This document shows, piece by piece, positions 54,519 to 62,514 of a stretch of 64,000 bases of DNA (positions are counted from its first letter, which is position 1; each line of letters opens with the position of its first letter). The notes under the pieces are model-generated. The model was not told the origin of the DNA, did not search any database, and was given only the letters and a program-made list of their open reading frames with translations. A program made the position numbers and the translations under genes. The stretch spans positions 59,417 through 123,416 of the forward strand of contig BTUW01000010.1 of the NCBI GenBank assembly GCA_045863055.1. Reading direction: 5' to 3'. This DNA comes from Chlorobiota bacterium (GTDB taxonomy: Bacteria > Bacteroidota > Ignavibacteria > Ignavibacteriales > Ignavibacteriaceae).

Positions 54519-55925
54519 TTACTTGAGGAGAACCATTTTCTGAGTGCTGACAAGTTTTCCACTTGTCAAGCGTGCGAAATAAACCCCACTCGCCAGTTTT
54601 GAACCATCGAATGTAAAGTTGTAAAGGCCTCTGTTCATCTGACCGTCAACGAGGGTCTGAACGAGCTTTCCGTTGCTGTCGAAGATATGAAGCGTGGTAG
54701 CTCCATCTGCCGGCAGTGAGAAGGAAATCTTTGTTGACGGATTGAACGGATTCGGGAAGTTCTGATCAAGTCTGAAATCAAAAACTGAAGTAGACGGGTC
54801 TTCAACCGATGTAGGAACCATGCCGAGTTTTGACATCTGAGCGGCTGTAAGTGGTTCTGTGTACATCATGTGAGCGCCATCAGCGACGTCTTCACCGATC
54901 GGTATCCAGTTCTTGGATGGGGCAACAGGGTCACCCGTGCTTCCCATGTATTTCAGGAAGTCCATCTTGAAGGATGTCTGATAGTTGTTCGGGATCGGAA
55001 TTACGCCTTTCAGGTTTGTCAGGGTGCTGTCTGCCGCGTTCCAGGTAACAAACTTTATCGCTCCGGTGCTGTTAAACTGGGTGATCGCGGGGATCGAGCC
55101 GCCGAAGTTCGCGTGGCAGTCTGTGCAGGTTCTGGCACCGGTTTTAACGATCGTATGCGCGTTGTAAACACCGATGGCGAAGAACGATTTTGTGCCCTGA
55201 TATGTAAGACTTTGCATCGAGCCGACACCTACTTTATTGTCTTTAACGCGGTTTACGAGGAAAACAAAATCCTTCAGCTGCTGACGGGGCCTTTTCAGGT
55301 GGTGTTCAACCTGTGAGTCGAAGTGGCAGTTATAGCAGGTGATAGCGGTTTTAGCATGGCACGAACCGCAATGGAGTTTACCATTGTGAGGATCATAGCT
55401 TGCGTGTGACGCGGGAAGTGAGGTGTGGCAGCCTGACTGCGCGCAATCGGTTTTTATCGCGCCGGGGGCAAGCATCGAGTTGTAAGTTGTGCCGTCACCG
55501 TGCATGTCCTGCGTGCCGTGGCAGTCCCAGCATTTCATGCCCGCGGTTCTGTGAACGTCGGTGTAGCCAAGAGTGATCTCCGTATTCTGTCGGGAGTGAC
55601 AGCTGCGACACTGTGACTCTTTCAGAGAATCTGGGTTGAACATGCTGTTCGATGGGTGGCAGTCGATACATGAAGGGTCATATGTACCTGTGTATGCCAC
55701 ACCATCGGCATTTGTCGGGCCGTGGCATCCTTCGCACTCAAGGTTTGGGTGAGTGTTTGGAACACCTGTCAGACCCTCAAAACCACCATTGGCGGCTGAG
55801 TACCAGAAATATTTTCCGGCGCGGGTTTTGTGAAGTGATGTAGCGAAATTTTGAGGCTGAGCAAAAGCGTCGGCCATAAGAAGTAAGACTAATGCTACCG
55901 AGAAAAGTAGTACGGTGCGTTTCAT
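54519..55925 (-). CDS. Multiheme (about 8 sites) c-type cytochrome with T9SS C-terminal sorting domain
   Basis: Signal peptide. Seven CxxCH motifs (CEGCH, CIDCH, CRSCH, CWDCH, CGSCH, CYNCH, CTDCH) plus one CX4CH (CAQSGCH). C-terminus NFPNPFNPSTKISF...GVYFARLTSGKLVSTQKMVLLK. Confidence 0.85.
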   Translation of the reverse strand: MKRTVLLFSVALVLLLMADAFAQPQNFATSLHKTRAGKYFWYSAANGGFEGLTGVPNTHPNLECEGCHGPTNADGVAYTGTYDPSCIDCHPSNSMFNPDSLKESQCRSCHSRQNTEITLGYTDVHRTAGMKCWDCHGTQDMHGDGTTYNSMLAPGAIKTDCAQSGCHTSLPASHASYDPHNGKLHCGSCHAKTAITCYNCHFDSQVEHHLKRPRQQLKDFVFLVNRVKDNKVGVGSMQSLTYQGTKSFFAIGVYNAHTIVKTGARTCTDCHANFGGSIPAITQFNSTGAIKFVTWNAADSTLTNLKGVIPIPNNYQTSFKMDFLKYMGSTGDPVAPSKNWIPIGEDVADGAHMMYTEPLTAAQMSKLGMVPTSVEDPSTSVFDFRLDQNFPNPFNPSTKISFSLPADGATTLHIFDSNGKLVQTLVDGQMNRGLYNFTFDGSKLASGVYFARLTSGKLVSTQKMVLLK

Positions 55926-56383
55926 CAGGTTTTCTCCGGTGAAAGTTGTTTGTTGTTTATATAGTTATAGATCAAAGATTTAAATTCCATGATGCCCGGT
56001 TTCTGCTCATCCCCGGGAATAAGATCGAGATAATCGATCGCCCGGTTGACATTACAGTAAAGCCAAAGCATGGCGAGGGAAAGTACGTTCCTCTCGTCGC
56101 CATTACTGTAACCGGTCCGTTCCTCAAGTTCGATTATCAGATCGCGGCAGGGGCAGTCTTCGGTGTCGATATCCGTTTTTACGATTATCTCAGGATCGCG
56201 CCTGAGGATGACGAGAAGGTAGTCGAGGGCTTTACGGGGTTCCGAGAGAAATATCTCGCAAAGGATGAGTTTTTTCATCACCCGGCAGTCATCACGAAGT
56301 TCTTCAGGAAGCCGGAGGAAGGTTTCTTTCGCTTTCGCGTAATCTCTGACGATGAAGTAATTGTTTGCGAGCATTTCAGACAT
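55925..56383 (-). CDS. Hypothetical cytoplasmic protein (helical/TPR-like), translationally coupled to the cytochrome gene
   Basis: 152 aa with no signal peptide. Its stop overlaps the cytochrome start by 1 nt. Contains DCPC. No family recognised. Confidence 0.55.
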   Translation of the reverse strand: MSEMLANNYFIVRDYAKAKETFLRLPEELRDDCRVMKKLILCEIFLSEPRKALDYLLVILRRDPEIIVKTDIDTEDCPCRDLIIELEERTGYSNGDERNVLSLAMLWLYCNVNRAIDYLDLIPGDEQKPGIMEFKSLIYNYINNKQLSPEKT

Positions 56384-56396
56384 AGTGTCTTAATGA

Positions 56397-56412
56397 AGCA
56401 AAAACCCTGCCA
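56397..56412 (-). promoter_or_regulatory. Candidate sigma-54 (-24/-12) promoter
   Basis: The minus strand reads TGGCAGGGTTTTTGCT, matching TGGCA-N6-TTGC with correct GG/GC spacing. It lies 14 nt upstream of ATG 56383 and next to a sigma-54 activator gene. Confidence 0.55.
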
Positions 56413-56454
56413 ACCGTAAATTCCGGGTAAAATGAGGGTTTTCGGGAGCAGTGG

Positions 56455-56482
56455 TGGAACAGTTTTGGAATAATTTGTTCCA
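56455..56482. promoter_or_regulatory. Inverted repeat TGGAACA-N14-TGTTCCA, candidate activator (UAS) site
   Basis: tggaaca (56455..56461) and tgttcca (56476..56482), centred roughly 80 nt upstream of the predicted sigma-54 start site. Confidence 0.35.
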
Positions 56483-56535
56483 ACAGGAAGGAAAAATCCG
56501 CCGATCTTCTTTAATTATAAAGAGTTATGGCAGAC

Positions 56536-56550
56536 GAAACAATTTGTTTC
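56536..56550. promoter_or_regulatory. Perfect 15-nt palindrome GAAACAATTTGTTTC, candidate second UAS or terminator-less operator
   Basis: Seen directly. It lies between the EBP stop (56565) and the sigma-54 promoter. Confidence 0.3.
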
Positions 56551-56564
56551 AGAAATGAAACAAC

Positions 56565-57902
56565 TTATTCCATATCTATATTATAAAGGCGCATTTTCCG
56601 CCAGAGGGTGGTTCTTCCCATGCCGAGTTCATCTGCTGCCTTGCCGCGGTTCCAGCGGTGCTTCTGCAGAACTTTCAGGATCCTGTCGCTCTCTGTATTT
56701 GCGCCGGCGAGCAGTTCGGAAAGGTAACGTTCATGGACAGGGTGGGCAACCGGCTGTTCAGAGATAATGCTTGCGGGAATTTTAGAGGCGGTGATCCTGG
56801 TCTCCCTTTGTGACCTGACGAAGAGATACTCCATGATATTCTCAAGTTCGCGGATGTTTCCCGGCCAGCTGTAGCTCATCAGGATATCAAGTGCTTCGTC
56901 ATCAATGGTCTTTTCCTGAACTTTGAACACAGTGGTGAATTTTTTCATGAAGTGATTTACGAGAAGCGGGATATCCTCTTTTCGTTCACGAAGTGGGGGC
57001 ACGGTGATCGGGACCACGTTCAGGCGGTAGTAGAGGTCTTCCCTAAGTGAGCCGTTAGCCAGCGCGCTTTTAATATCGATATTGGTCGCGGCAATAATTC
57101 TTACATCAACCTTCCTCGTTACAGATTCTCCCAGGCGTTCAAAAGTACCTTCCTGCAGAACCCTGAGAAGTTTGATCTGCATGGGCAGGGGGATTTCGGC
57201 TATTTCGTCGAGGAAGAGCGTACCCGTGTCGGCGATCTCAAATCTGCCGAGTCTGTCACGGTGAGCATCAGTGAAGGCTCCCTTCACGTGGCCGAAAAGT
57301 TCACTTGCCAGAAGGTTGTCGTGGAAGACAGAGCAGGAAACTTTAATGAAGGGCTGGAATCGCCTTCCTGAGAGGGTCTGAATGGCGTTGGCCACCATTT
57401 CCTTTCCGGTGCCCGATTCCCCCTGGATAAAGACAGGTGAATCGCTCGACGCCACATCCCTTATCACATTGAAGATATCCCTCATTTTCTGAGAGCGGCC
57501 AACGATTCCGTGAAAGTCAGTCCCTTCTATCAGTTCAAGCCGCAGTTTTTCAATATCGGAGATTGGAGTTACCGAGATGATCCCGCCATTCGGTTCACCT
57601 TCGTCTGTGCGCAGGAGGGTTGCCGACATCTTAACCTGGCGCGTCTCACCGGCCGAGGTGCATATATCCGAGTAATAATCGGTAACCTTCTTCTTCGACT
57701 CAAGCACCATCAGCATGGGGCATTTGGAGCAGCAGTTCGAAGGTTTGAAAACACGTTTGCAAACCTTGTTGATCACCTCCTCCTTGAGGTAGCCGGTAAG
57801 TTCCTCGGCCGCGGAATTGAAGTAGGTTATCCTGAAGTTTTTGTCGACTGTGAATACAGCTTCGCTGATCGAGTTAAGTATCTGGTCTCTTAATTTATCC
57901 AT
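56565..57902 (-). CDS. Sigma-54-dependent transcriptional activator (PAS - AAA+ - Fis-type HTH), no receiver domain
   Basis: PAS (AVFTVDKNFRITYFNSAAEELTGY), Walker A GESGTGKE, ASELFGHVKGAFTDA (GAFTGA variant), RIIAATN, and C-terminal HTH LGMGRTTLWRKMRLY. Confidence 0.9.
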   Translation of the reverse strand: MDKLRDQILNSISEAVFTVDKNFRITYFNSAAEELTGYLKEEVINKVCKRVFKPSNCCSKCPMLMVLESKKKVTDYYSDICTSAGETRQVKMSATLLRTDEGEPNGGIISVTPISDIEKLRLELIEGTDFHGIVGRSQKMRDIFNVIRDVASSDSPVFIQGESGTGKEMVANAIQTLSGRRFQPFIKVSCSVFHDNLLASELFGHVKGAFTDAHRDRLGRFEIADTGTLFLDEIAEIPLPMQIKLLRVLQEGTFERLGESVTRKVDVRIIAATNIDIKSALANGSLREDLYYRLNVVPITVPPLRERKEDIPLLVNHFMKKFTTVFKVQEKTIDDEALDILMSYSWPGNIRELENIMEYLFVRSQRETRITASKIPASIISEQPVAHPVHERYLSELLAGANTESDRILKVLQKHRWNRGKAADELGMGRTTLWRKMRLYNIDME

Positions 57903-60900
57903 TATCTGTTAGTGATGTCCTTGAGCGTAAAGATCGTCTTTACCGCGTTCTGGATGGCTTCCTTGAATTTTTGAAGATTAACGGGTTTATTAAAAATGGC
58001 CTCCGCACCGGCTTCGGTGTAAGCGATGTTCTCACTTTTTCCCATATTGCTTCCGAGTACGATGCAGGGGATCTTCGCGCGTGAGGGGTCAGAATTTATC
58101 ACGCGTATAAGGTCGAGGCCTGTTTTTCCGCTGAACAAGTGACCGGTAACGACCACGGCGGGAACGGAAGTTGTAATATTTTTCGCAGCGCTTTCAATAT
58201 CCTTGAACTGTTCAACCTCGTAACCGGGGAGGAGGTTGGTAATGATCTTCGAATAAAGCACCCGGTCGGTCGGACTTGATTCCACCAGAGCGATCCGTGA
58301 GGAGGCGATGGGAATATTGAAAACGAACCTGGTACCTTCACCAACCGTGCTTGTGAGTGATATCTCGCCGCCGTGTTTCTCAACAATCTCTTTAACCAGG
58401 CTCAGGCCAAGACCTGTTCCCTTTTCGCCGGCGGTTCCCACGGTGGTGAACTTGGTGTCGACATGGAAAACCTTTTGAATATCCGCCGGCTTGATTCCAA
58501 CGCCTGTATCCTGAACGAAGACTTCCAGGAATCTTCCAGCAATATTGCCTGTGATGCCTGCCGTTATCTTTCCGCCGTTGGGTGTAAACTTGATCGCGTT
58601 CGAGAAGAGGTTGTTGAACACCTGAAGGATCAGGTTCTGGTCGACGAAAACAACCACATTCCCGGGCATTTCATTCACCAGTTCGATATCCTTCTGGAAC
58701 GCTGCCCCCGAGACAGCCGAGAACGATTTGCTGGTGATGGTACGCAGGTCCTGCTTTACCGGTTCGAACTTCATCCGGCCGGTCTGGAGACGGGTCCAGT
58801 CGAGGAGGGAGTTAACCAGACCGAGCATTATCTTGGTTGAGTCCTGAATGTAGGTAACATACTTTTTCATTTCATCGGTATTGAGGTCCTCTGAAAGAAG
58901 GAAGTCGGTGAAACCCAGTATCGAACTGAACGGAGTACGCATATCATGCGAAATGATCGAAATGAAACGGTCTTTGGCGTCGTTAAGTTTTTTCAGGTTC
59001 TCAGTCGATTCCCTGATCTCCTCTTCCGCCTGTTTTTGTTTGGTGATATCCGAGACCAGGCCATACATTTTGTTAATGCGGTCGGCTTCCCTGACGAATG
59101 AGATCTTGTTTCTAACCCATATGGAAGTTCCGTTTTTCGTTATGATGCGGCACTCTATCGAACCGCTGGTCTTGTACTTGCTCCTGAGGAGGTCTTTCAG
59201 GTTGGAGAAATAGTCGTCAAGGTCTTCCGGGTGGATGATCTTGAACCAGAACCGGTTATTGTTGATGAAATCGGAAATTCTGTAGCCCGTCATGGCGACG
59301 AAAGAGGCAGTAACGAAAACCGGGGTCAGAATACCGTTAAGATGTTCGGAAACCCAGAGAAAATCCTCGATATTCTCTGCAATACTTCTGTATTTGGCTT
59401 CCGATTCTTCGATAAGGCGCTGTGAGTTCCTGAGCTGGGTAATGTCACGTACAATAAGTACATCAAAAAACTTTCCGCTGAACTCAAAATCCGCGTGGGA
59501 GACCTCGGCTATGAAGGTTGTTCCGTTCTTTCTGGTCCCTTCCCGGTCATTGTTTGTCCCGGTACTGCCGGGCAGCTGCCTGATAAAATTGTCCACCGGT
59601 TTCCCGATGATGTCGAGCTCAGAGTCATATCCGAATATCCGTACGAAACTGTTGTTCACAAAGATCAAACTTCCGGATTCCTGAACGGCGATACCGTCGT
59701 TTGAAGCCTCAAAGATCGACTGCATCAGGAGGATGTCCTGAGCTCTTTTTTCTTCAGATGTCACGTCGCGGATAAGGCATGCGTAAGATGACCAGGTACC
59801 CCCCTCCTCCTCAAAGTAAACGAAAGAGACTTCGGCAGGAAACACCTTCCCCGAAGAAGCGATCACACTGGTCTTGACTCTGAATGGGTTCTCTCTTTTG
59901 ATGAGTTCGCGGTCAGGAACGAAACCGTCGAACATTTCCGTCAGCTTTTTGCTTTTACTCCCGGTGCCCGGCGCAAGTACCTTAAGAAACATGTCGTTGG
60001 TACCGGTAATGTTGAATCCGTCATCAAACTGGCATATCATATCGCCTGAGGCGTTCAGGAAGGTGCTGTACTGCATGTTGAGGAGGTGGAGTTCCCTCTT
60101 CTCCTTTTCATCCTCGTAGATGTCGCGGCAGATCACCCAGGAGGTTTTCTGCAGGTTGATCACCCTGAACTCGCCGGTGCTCACTCCCTGAGAGGAACTA
60201 TATGAAGATCTGAATATCCCGCCTTTGGGGGATCTGCGGAACTGCTTGATCAGAGAAGTTGCATCTTTCCCGAATACCTCGATCTTCTTTCTGCCGAAGA
60301 ACTTCTCAGCCTCATTGCTCCAGGAGGTGATCGAGTTGTCTTTATCAACAGAAAAGACCGCAAGCCCACCCCTTCCGGCGATCAGTGAGTAATCCTTTAA
60401 CTCCTGCAGGTGCTCATTAAGCGCCATGATCTCATTTTTATGGGAAGTGATATCCTCACCCATGATGAGTACCATATCCTCACCCCGGGTGTTTTTAAAT
60501 ACCGCGGAACTCAGCCGCAGTTCGAACGAAATACCATCACTTTTGACTGTAATATGCTCACTGCCGTTATCATCTGTAATTTCTCCGAATCCGGGTATCG
60601 ATCTTATCGTTTTCCCGGTGACCTCCGTTTCAGGGTCGATGAACCGGGATAATTTGTTCCCACCGTAGAAGGTGATCCTCCCTGAGGAGTCACAGATAAA
60701 AACAAGATCGCAAAGGGCAGCAAGCACTTCTCCCGATCTTTCCGGAATGAACCCGGTTTCCATATATGTTTCCGGTATTACCCTGAGGTCTTCAACTATC
60801 ACCACTCCGCCATCGATCCGGTTGCCGTCTGCGAGGGGAACTCCCTTACAGATGAGGCTGAGGTTTTTTCTTCCCGAGGAGACTCTTCTGATCTCTTTTT

Positions 60901-61147
60901 CAAAGGGGATGCCGTTGAGAACGGCGGTTATTTCGCTTTGGAGGTTAATGTGATCGAAGAGGGGATGCTCCTTCAGGGAGACGGAAGCAGGGTTTGCAGA
61001 TATCTTTTCGTTCAGGATGCCGTAGCCCAGCATTGTCTGATTAACGAATGAGATCTGCAGGTCTGAATCGAAAAGCACCACCCCCACGGGGAGGGAATCA
61101 CCGTGGATCAGTTCGTTTCTTTTGCTTTTCGTTTTCTTGTCAGACAT
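57902..61147 (-). CDS. Cytoplasmic multi-PAS sensor histidine kinase with C-terminal receiver-like domain
   Basis: Several PAS/PAC units. H box ISHDMRTPFSSILGF, N box NLFSNAIKFTPNGG, G1 VQDTGVGI and G2 GTGLGLSLV. The C-terminal ~120 aa are REC-like, with K (FNKP) retained but the acidic pocket changed (ALVESS, VVVTGHLFSG). Confidence 0.85.
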   Translation of the reverse strand: MSDKKTKSKRNELIHGDSLPVGVVLFDSDLQISFVNQTMLGYGILNEKISANPASVSLKEHPLFDHINLQSEITAVLNGIPFEKEIRRVSSGRKNLSLICKGVPLADGNRIDGGVVIVEDLRVIPETYMETGFIPERSGEVLAALCDLVFICDSSGRITFYGGNKLSRFIDPETEVTGKTIRSIPGFGEITDDNGSEHITVKSDGISFELRLSSAVFKNTRGEDMVLIMGEDITSHKNEIMALNEHLQELKDYSLIAGRGGLAVFSVDKDNSITSWSNEAEKFFGRKKIEVFGKDATSLIKQFRRSPKGGIFRSSYSSSQGVSTGEFRVINLQKTSWVICRDIYEDEKEKRELHLLNMQYSTFLNASGDMICQFDDGFNITGTNDMFLKVLAPGTGSKSKKLTEMFDGFVPDRELIKRENPFRVKTSVIASSGKVFPAEVSFVYFEEEGGTWSSYACLIRDVTSEEKRAQDILLMQSIFEASNDGIAVQESGSLIFVNNSFVRIFGYDSELDIIGKPVDNFIRQLPGSTGTNNDREGTRKNGTTFIAEVSHADFEFSGKFFDVLIVRDITQLRNSQRLIEESEAKYRSIAENIEDFLWVSEHLNGILTPVFVTASFVAMTGYRISDFINNNRFWFKIIHPEDLDDYFSNLKDLLRSKYKTSGSIECRIITKNGTSIWVRNKISFVREADRINKMYGLVSDITKQKQAEEEIRESTENLKKLNDAKDRFISIISHDMRTPFSSILGFTDFLLSEDLNTDEMKKYVTYIQDSTKIMLGLVNSLLDWTRLQTGRMKFEPVKQDLRTITSKSFSAVSGAAFQKDIELVNEMPGNVVVFVDQNLILQVFNNLFSNAIKFTPNGGKITAGITGNIAGRFLEVFVQDTGVGIKPADIQKVFHVDTKFTTVGTAGEKGTGLGLSLVKEIVEKHGGEISLTSTVGEGTRFVFNIPIASSRIALVESSPTDRVLYSKIITNLLPGYEVEQFKDIESAAKNITTSVPAVVVTGHLFSGKTGLDLIRVINSDPSRAKIPCIVLGSNMGKSENIAYTEAGAEAIFNKPVNLQKFKEAIQNAVKTIFTLKDITNR

Positions 61148-61319
61148 AATTGGCGCGATTTAAAACCGTAATTTAAATTATTCAATTGAATTGAGGTGAG
61201 GGAACTTTCCGCCACTTTGCGAGTAAAAAAATAAAAAGTATCATAAATTAACTTGCATATATATATAAAGTGGATTATTTTAATAAAGCGAAATAAATTA
61301 ATTAGCAAAGGAATCAACC

Positions 61320-61730
61320 ATGAAGAAGCTCGTTTTGCTCGCCGCGGTCGCACTGTTTTTTACAGCCGGAACCGCCGTTGCCCAAAAGGCCCCCGCTGAT
61401 GCCAAAATAAAGATGTGCAACAGCTGCCATAAAGAAGGAAAGAACAAGTTTGATGAATACAAGGCCTGGCTGCAGACCAATCACGCGAAAGTAGCCGATG
61501 CATTCGACAAACCGGCTGCCAAAGAAATCGCTGACAAGAACAAAGTAGCCAATCCGAAGGAAGCTGCCGAGTGCCTTAGCTGCCATACAGACAAGATATC
61601 GAAGGTTGAGAACTTCAATCCTAAAGATATCGACTGCATGTCATGCCACAACACTGAGAGCAAGGTTCACGCTATTCCTGAGAAAGTACCCCACCCATCA
61701 GGCAAGAAGAGCGATGCCAAGAAAGACTGA
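61320..61730 (+). CDS. Small secreted triheme c-type cytochrome
   Basis: Signal peptide MKKLVLLAAVALFFTAGTAVAQ. CNSCH, CLSCH and CMSCH. Lys-rich C-terminus. Confidence 0.8.
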   Translation: MKKLVLLAAVALFFTAGTAVAQKAPADAKIKMCNSCHKEGKNKFDEYKAWLQTNHAKVADAFDKPAAKEIADKNKVANPKEAAECLSCHTDKISKVENFNPKDIDCMSCHNTESKVHAIPEKVPHPSGKKSDAKKD

Positions 61731-61749
61731 TCTTTCAAGGCTTGAAATT

Positions 61750-61781
61750 AAAAAGGCTGCCCCGCGAGAGGCAGCCTTTTT
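61750..61781. terminator. Bidirectional intrinsic terminator between the triheme cytochrome and response regulator genes
   Basis: AAAAAGGCTGCcccgcgagagGCAGCCTTTTT is symmetric, with A/T runs on both sides. Confidence 0.8.
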
Positions 61782-61794
61782 CATTTTAGAGAGC

Positions 61795-62481
61795 TTATTC
61801 GCCTGAATCGGTGAGTTTTGGCGAGCTGTCGAGATCGACCATTTTGATGTCTTTCAGGTAGTCCGACATTTTAGGGGCCTGTATCTCTTTCAGTTGATCT
61901 AGTATGGAAGCCACTTCATTCACCGCGGTTTCGATGTAGTCGATCCTTTTGGCAACGGCTTCCTTGCTGAGATCGGGTTTGTTTATTTCCCGTTTAAGTG
62001 CGGAAACGGCGAGTTTTATAACCGTCAGAGGCTGTTTTATCTTGTGGTTCGCGGTAACCACGGTGGCGGCGAACATTCCGAGCCTTTCCGATTCGATCAT
62101 CTGTTTTCTGATATCGCGGAATTTCAGCGCGGAGTGGATCCTCGCGAGGATCTCAACACGGTCGAACGGTTTTTTTACGTAATCGTGGGCACCGGCCTTA
62201 AGCCCGATCGAGGTGTCTTCGGCGGTGACCCGGGCCGTAACCAGGATAATGGGAATATCGGAGGTTTTTTCATCTCTTGTCAGGGCTTCACAAACTTCAA
62301 GGCCGTTCATGCCGGGGAGCATGATATCGAGCAGTATGAGATCGGGGAGATACTCATAAGCCATTTTCATACCTGTTTCGCCGTCGTAGGCAAAGATAAA
62401 CTGGTGGTTCTCCCTTTTCAGGATCGTTTCAAGATATTTAATGTTCTGTTCGTGGTCATCGACCGCAAGAATCAGGCTCAT
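61795..62481 (-). CDS. Response regulator: canonical receiver plus C-terminal DHp-like helical domain without ATPase
   Basis: ILAVDDHEQN, DLILLDIMLPGMNGLE and DYVKKPF. The C-terminal part has NHKIKQPLTVI (H-box-like). Confidence 0.8.
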   Translation of the reverse strand: MSLILAVDDHEQNIKYLETILKRENHQFIFAYDGETGMKMAYEYLPDLILLDIMLPGMNGLEVCEALTRDEKTSDIPIILVTARVTAEDTSIGLKAGAHDYVKKPFDRVEILARIHSALKFRDIRKQMIESERLGMFAATVVTANHKIKQPLTVIKLAVSALKREINKPDLSKEAVAKRIDYIETAVNEVASILDQLKEIQAPKMSDYLKDIKMVDLDSSPKLTDSGE

Positions 62482-62514
62482 GGGGTATCGTCTTGATTAG
62501 TTGATGAAAAAAGA

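Noticed and set aside
61148-61319. Second sigma-54 promoter in the divergent region between the PAS kinase and the triheme cytochrome
   Set aside because: There is no GG-N10-GC arrangement with TGGCA/TTGC context on either strand. The TTGCAT at about 61253 lacks an upstream GG element.
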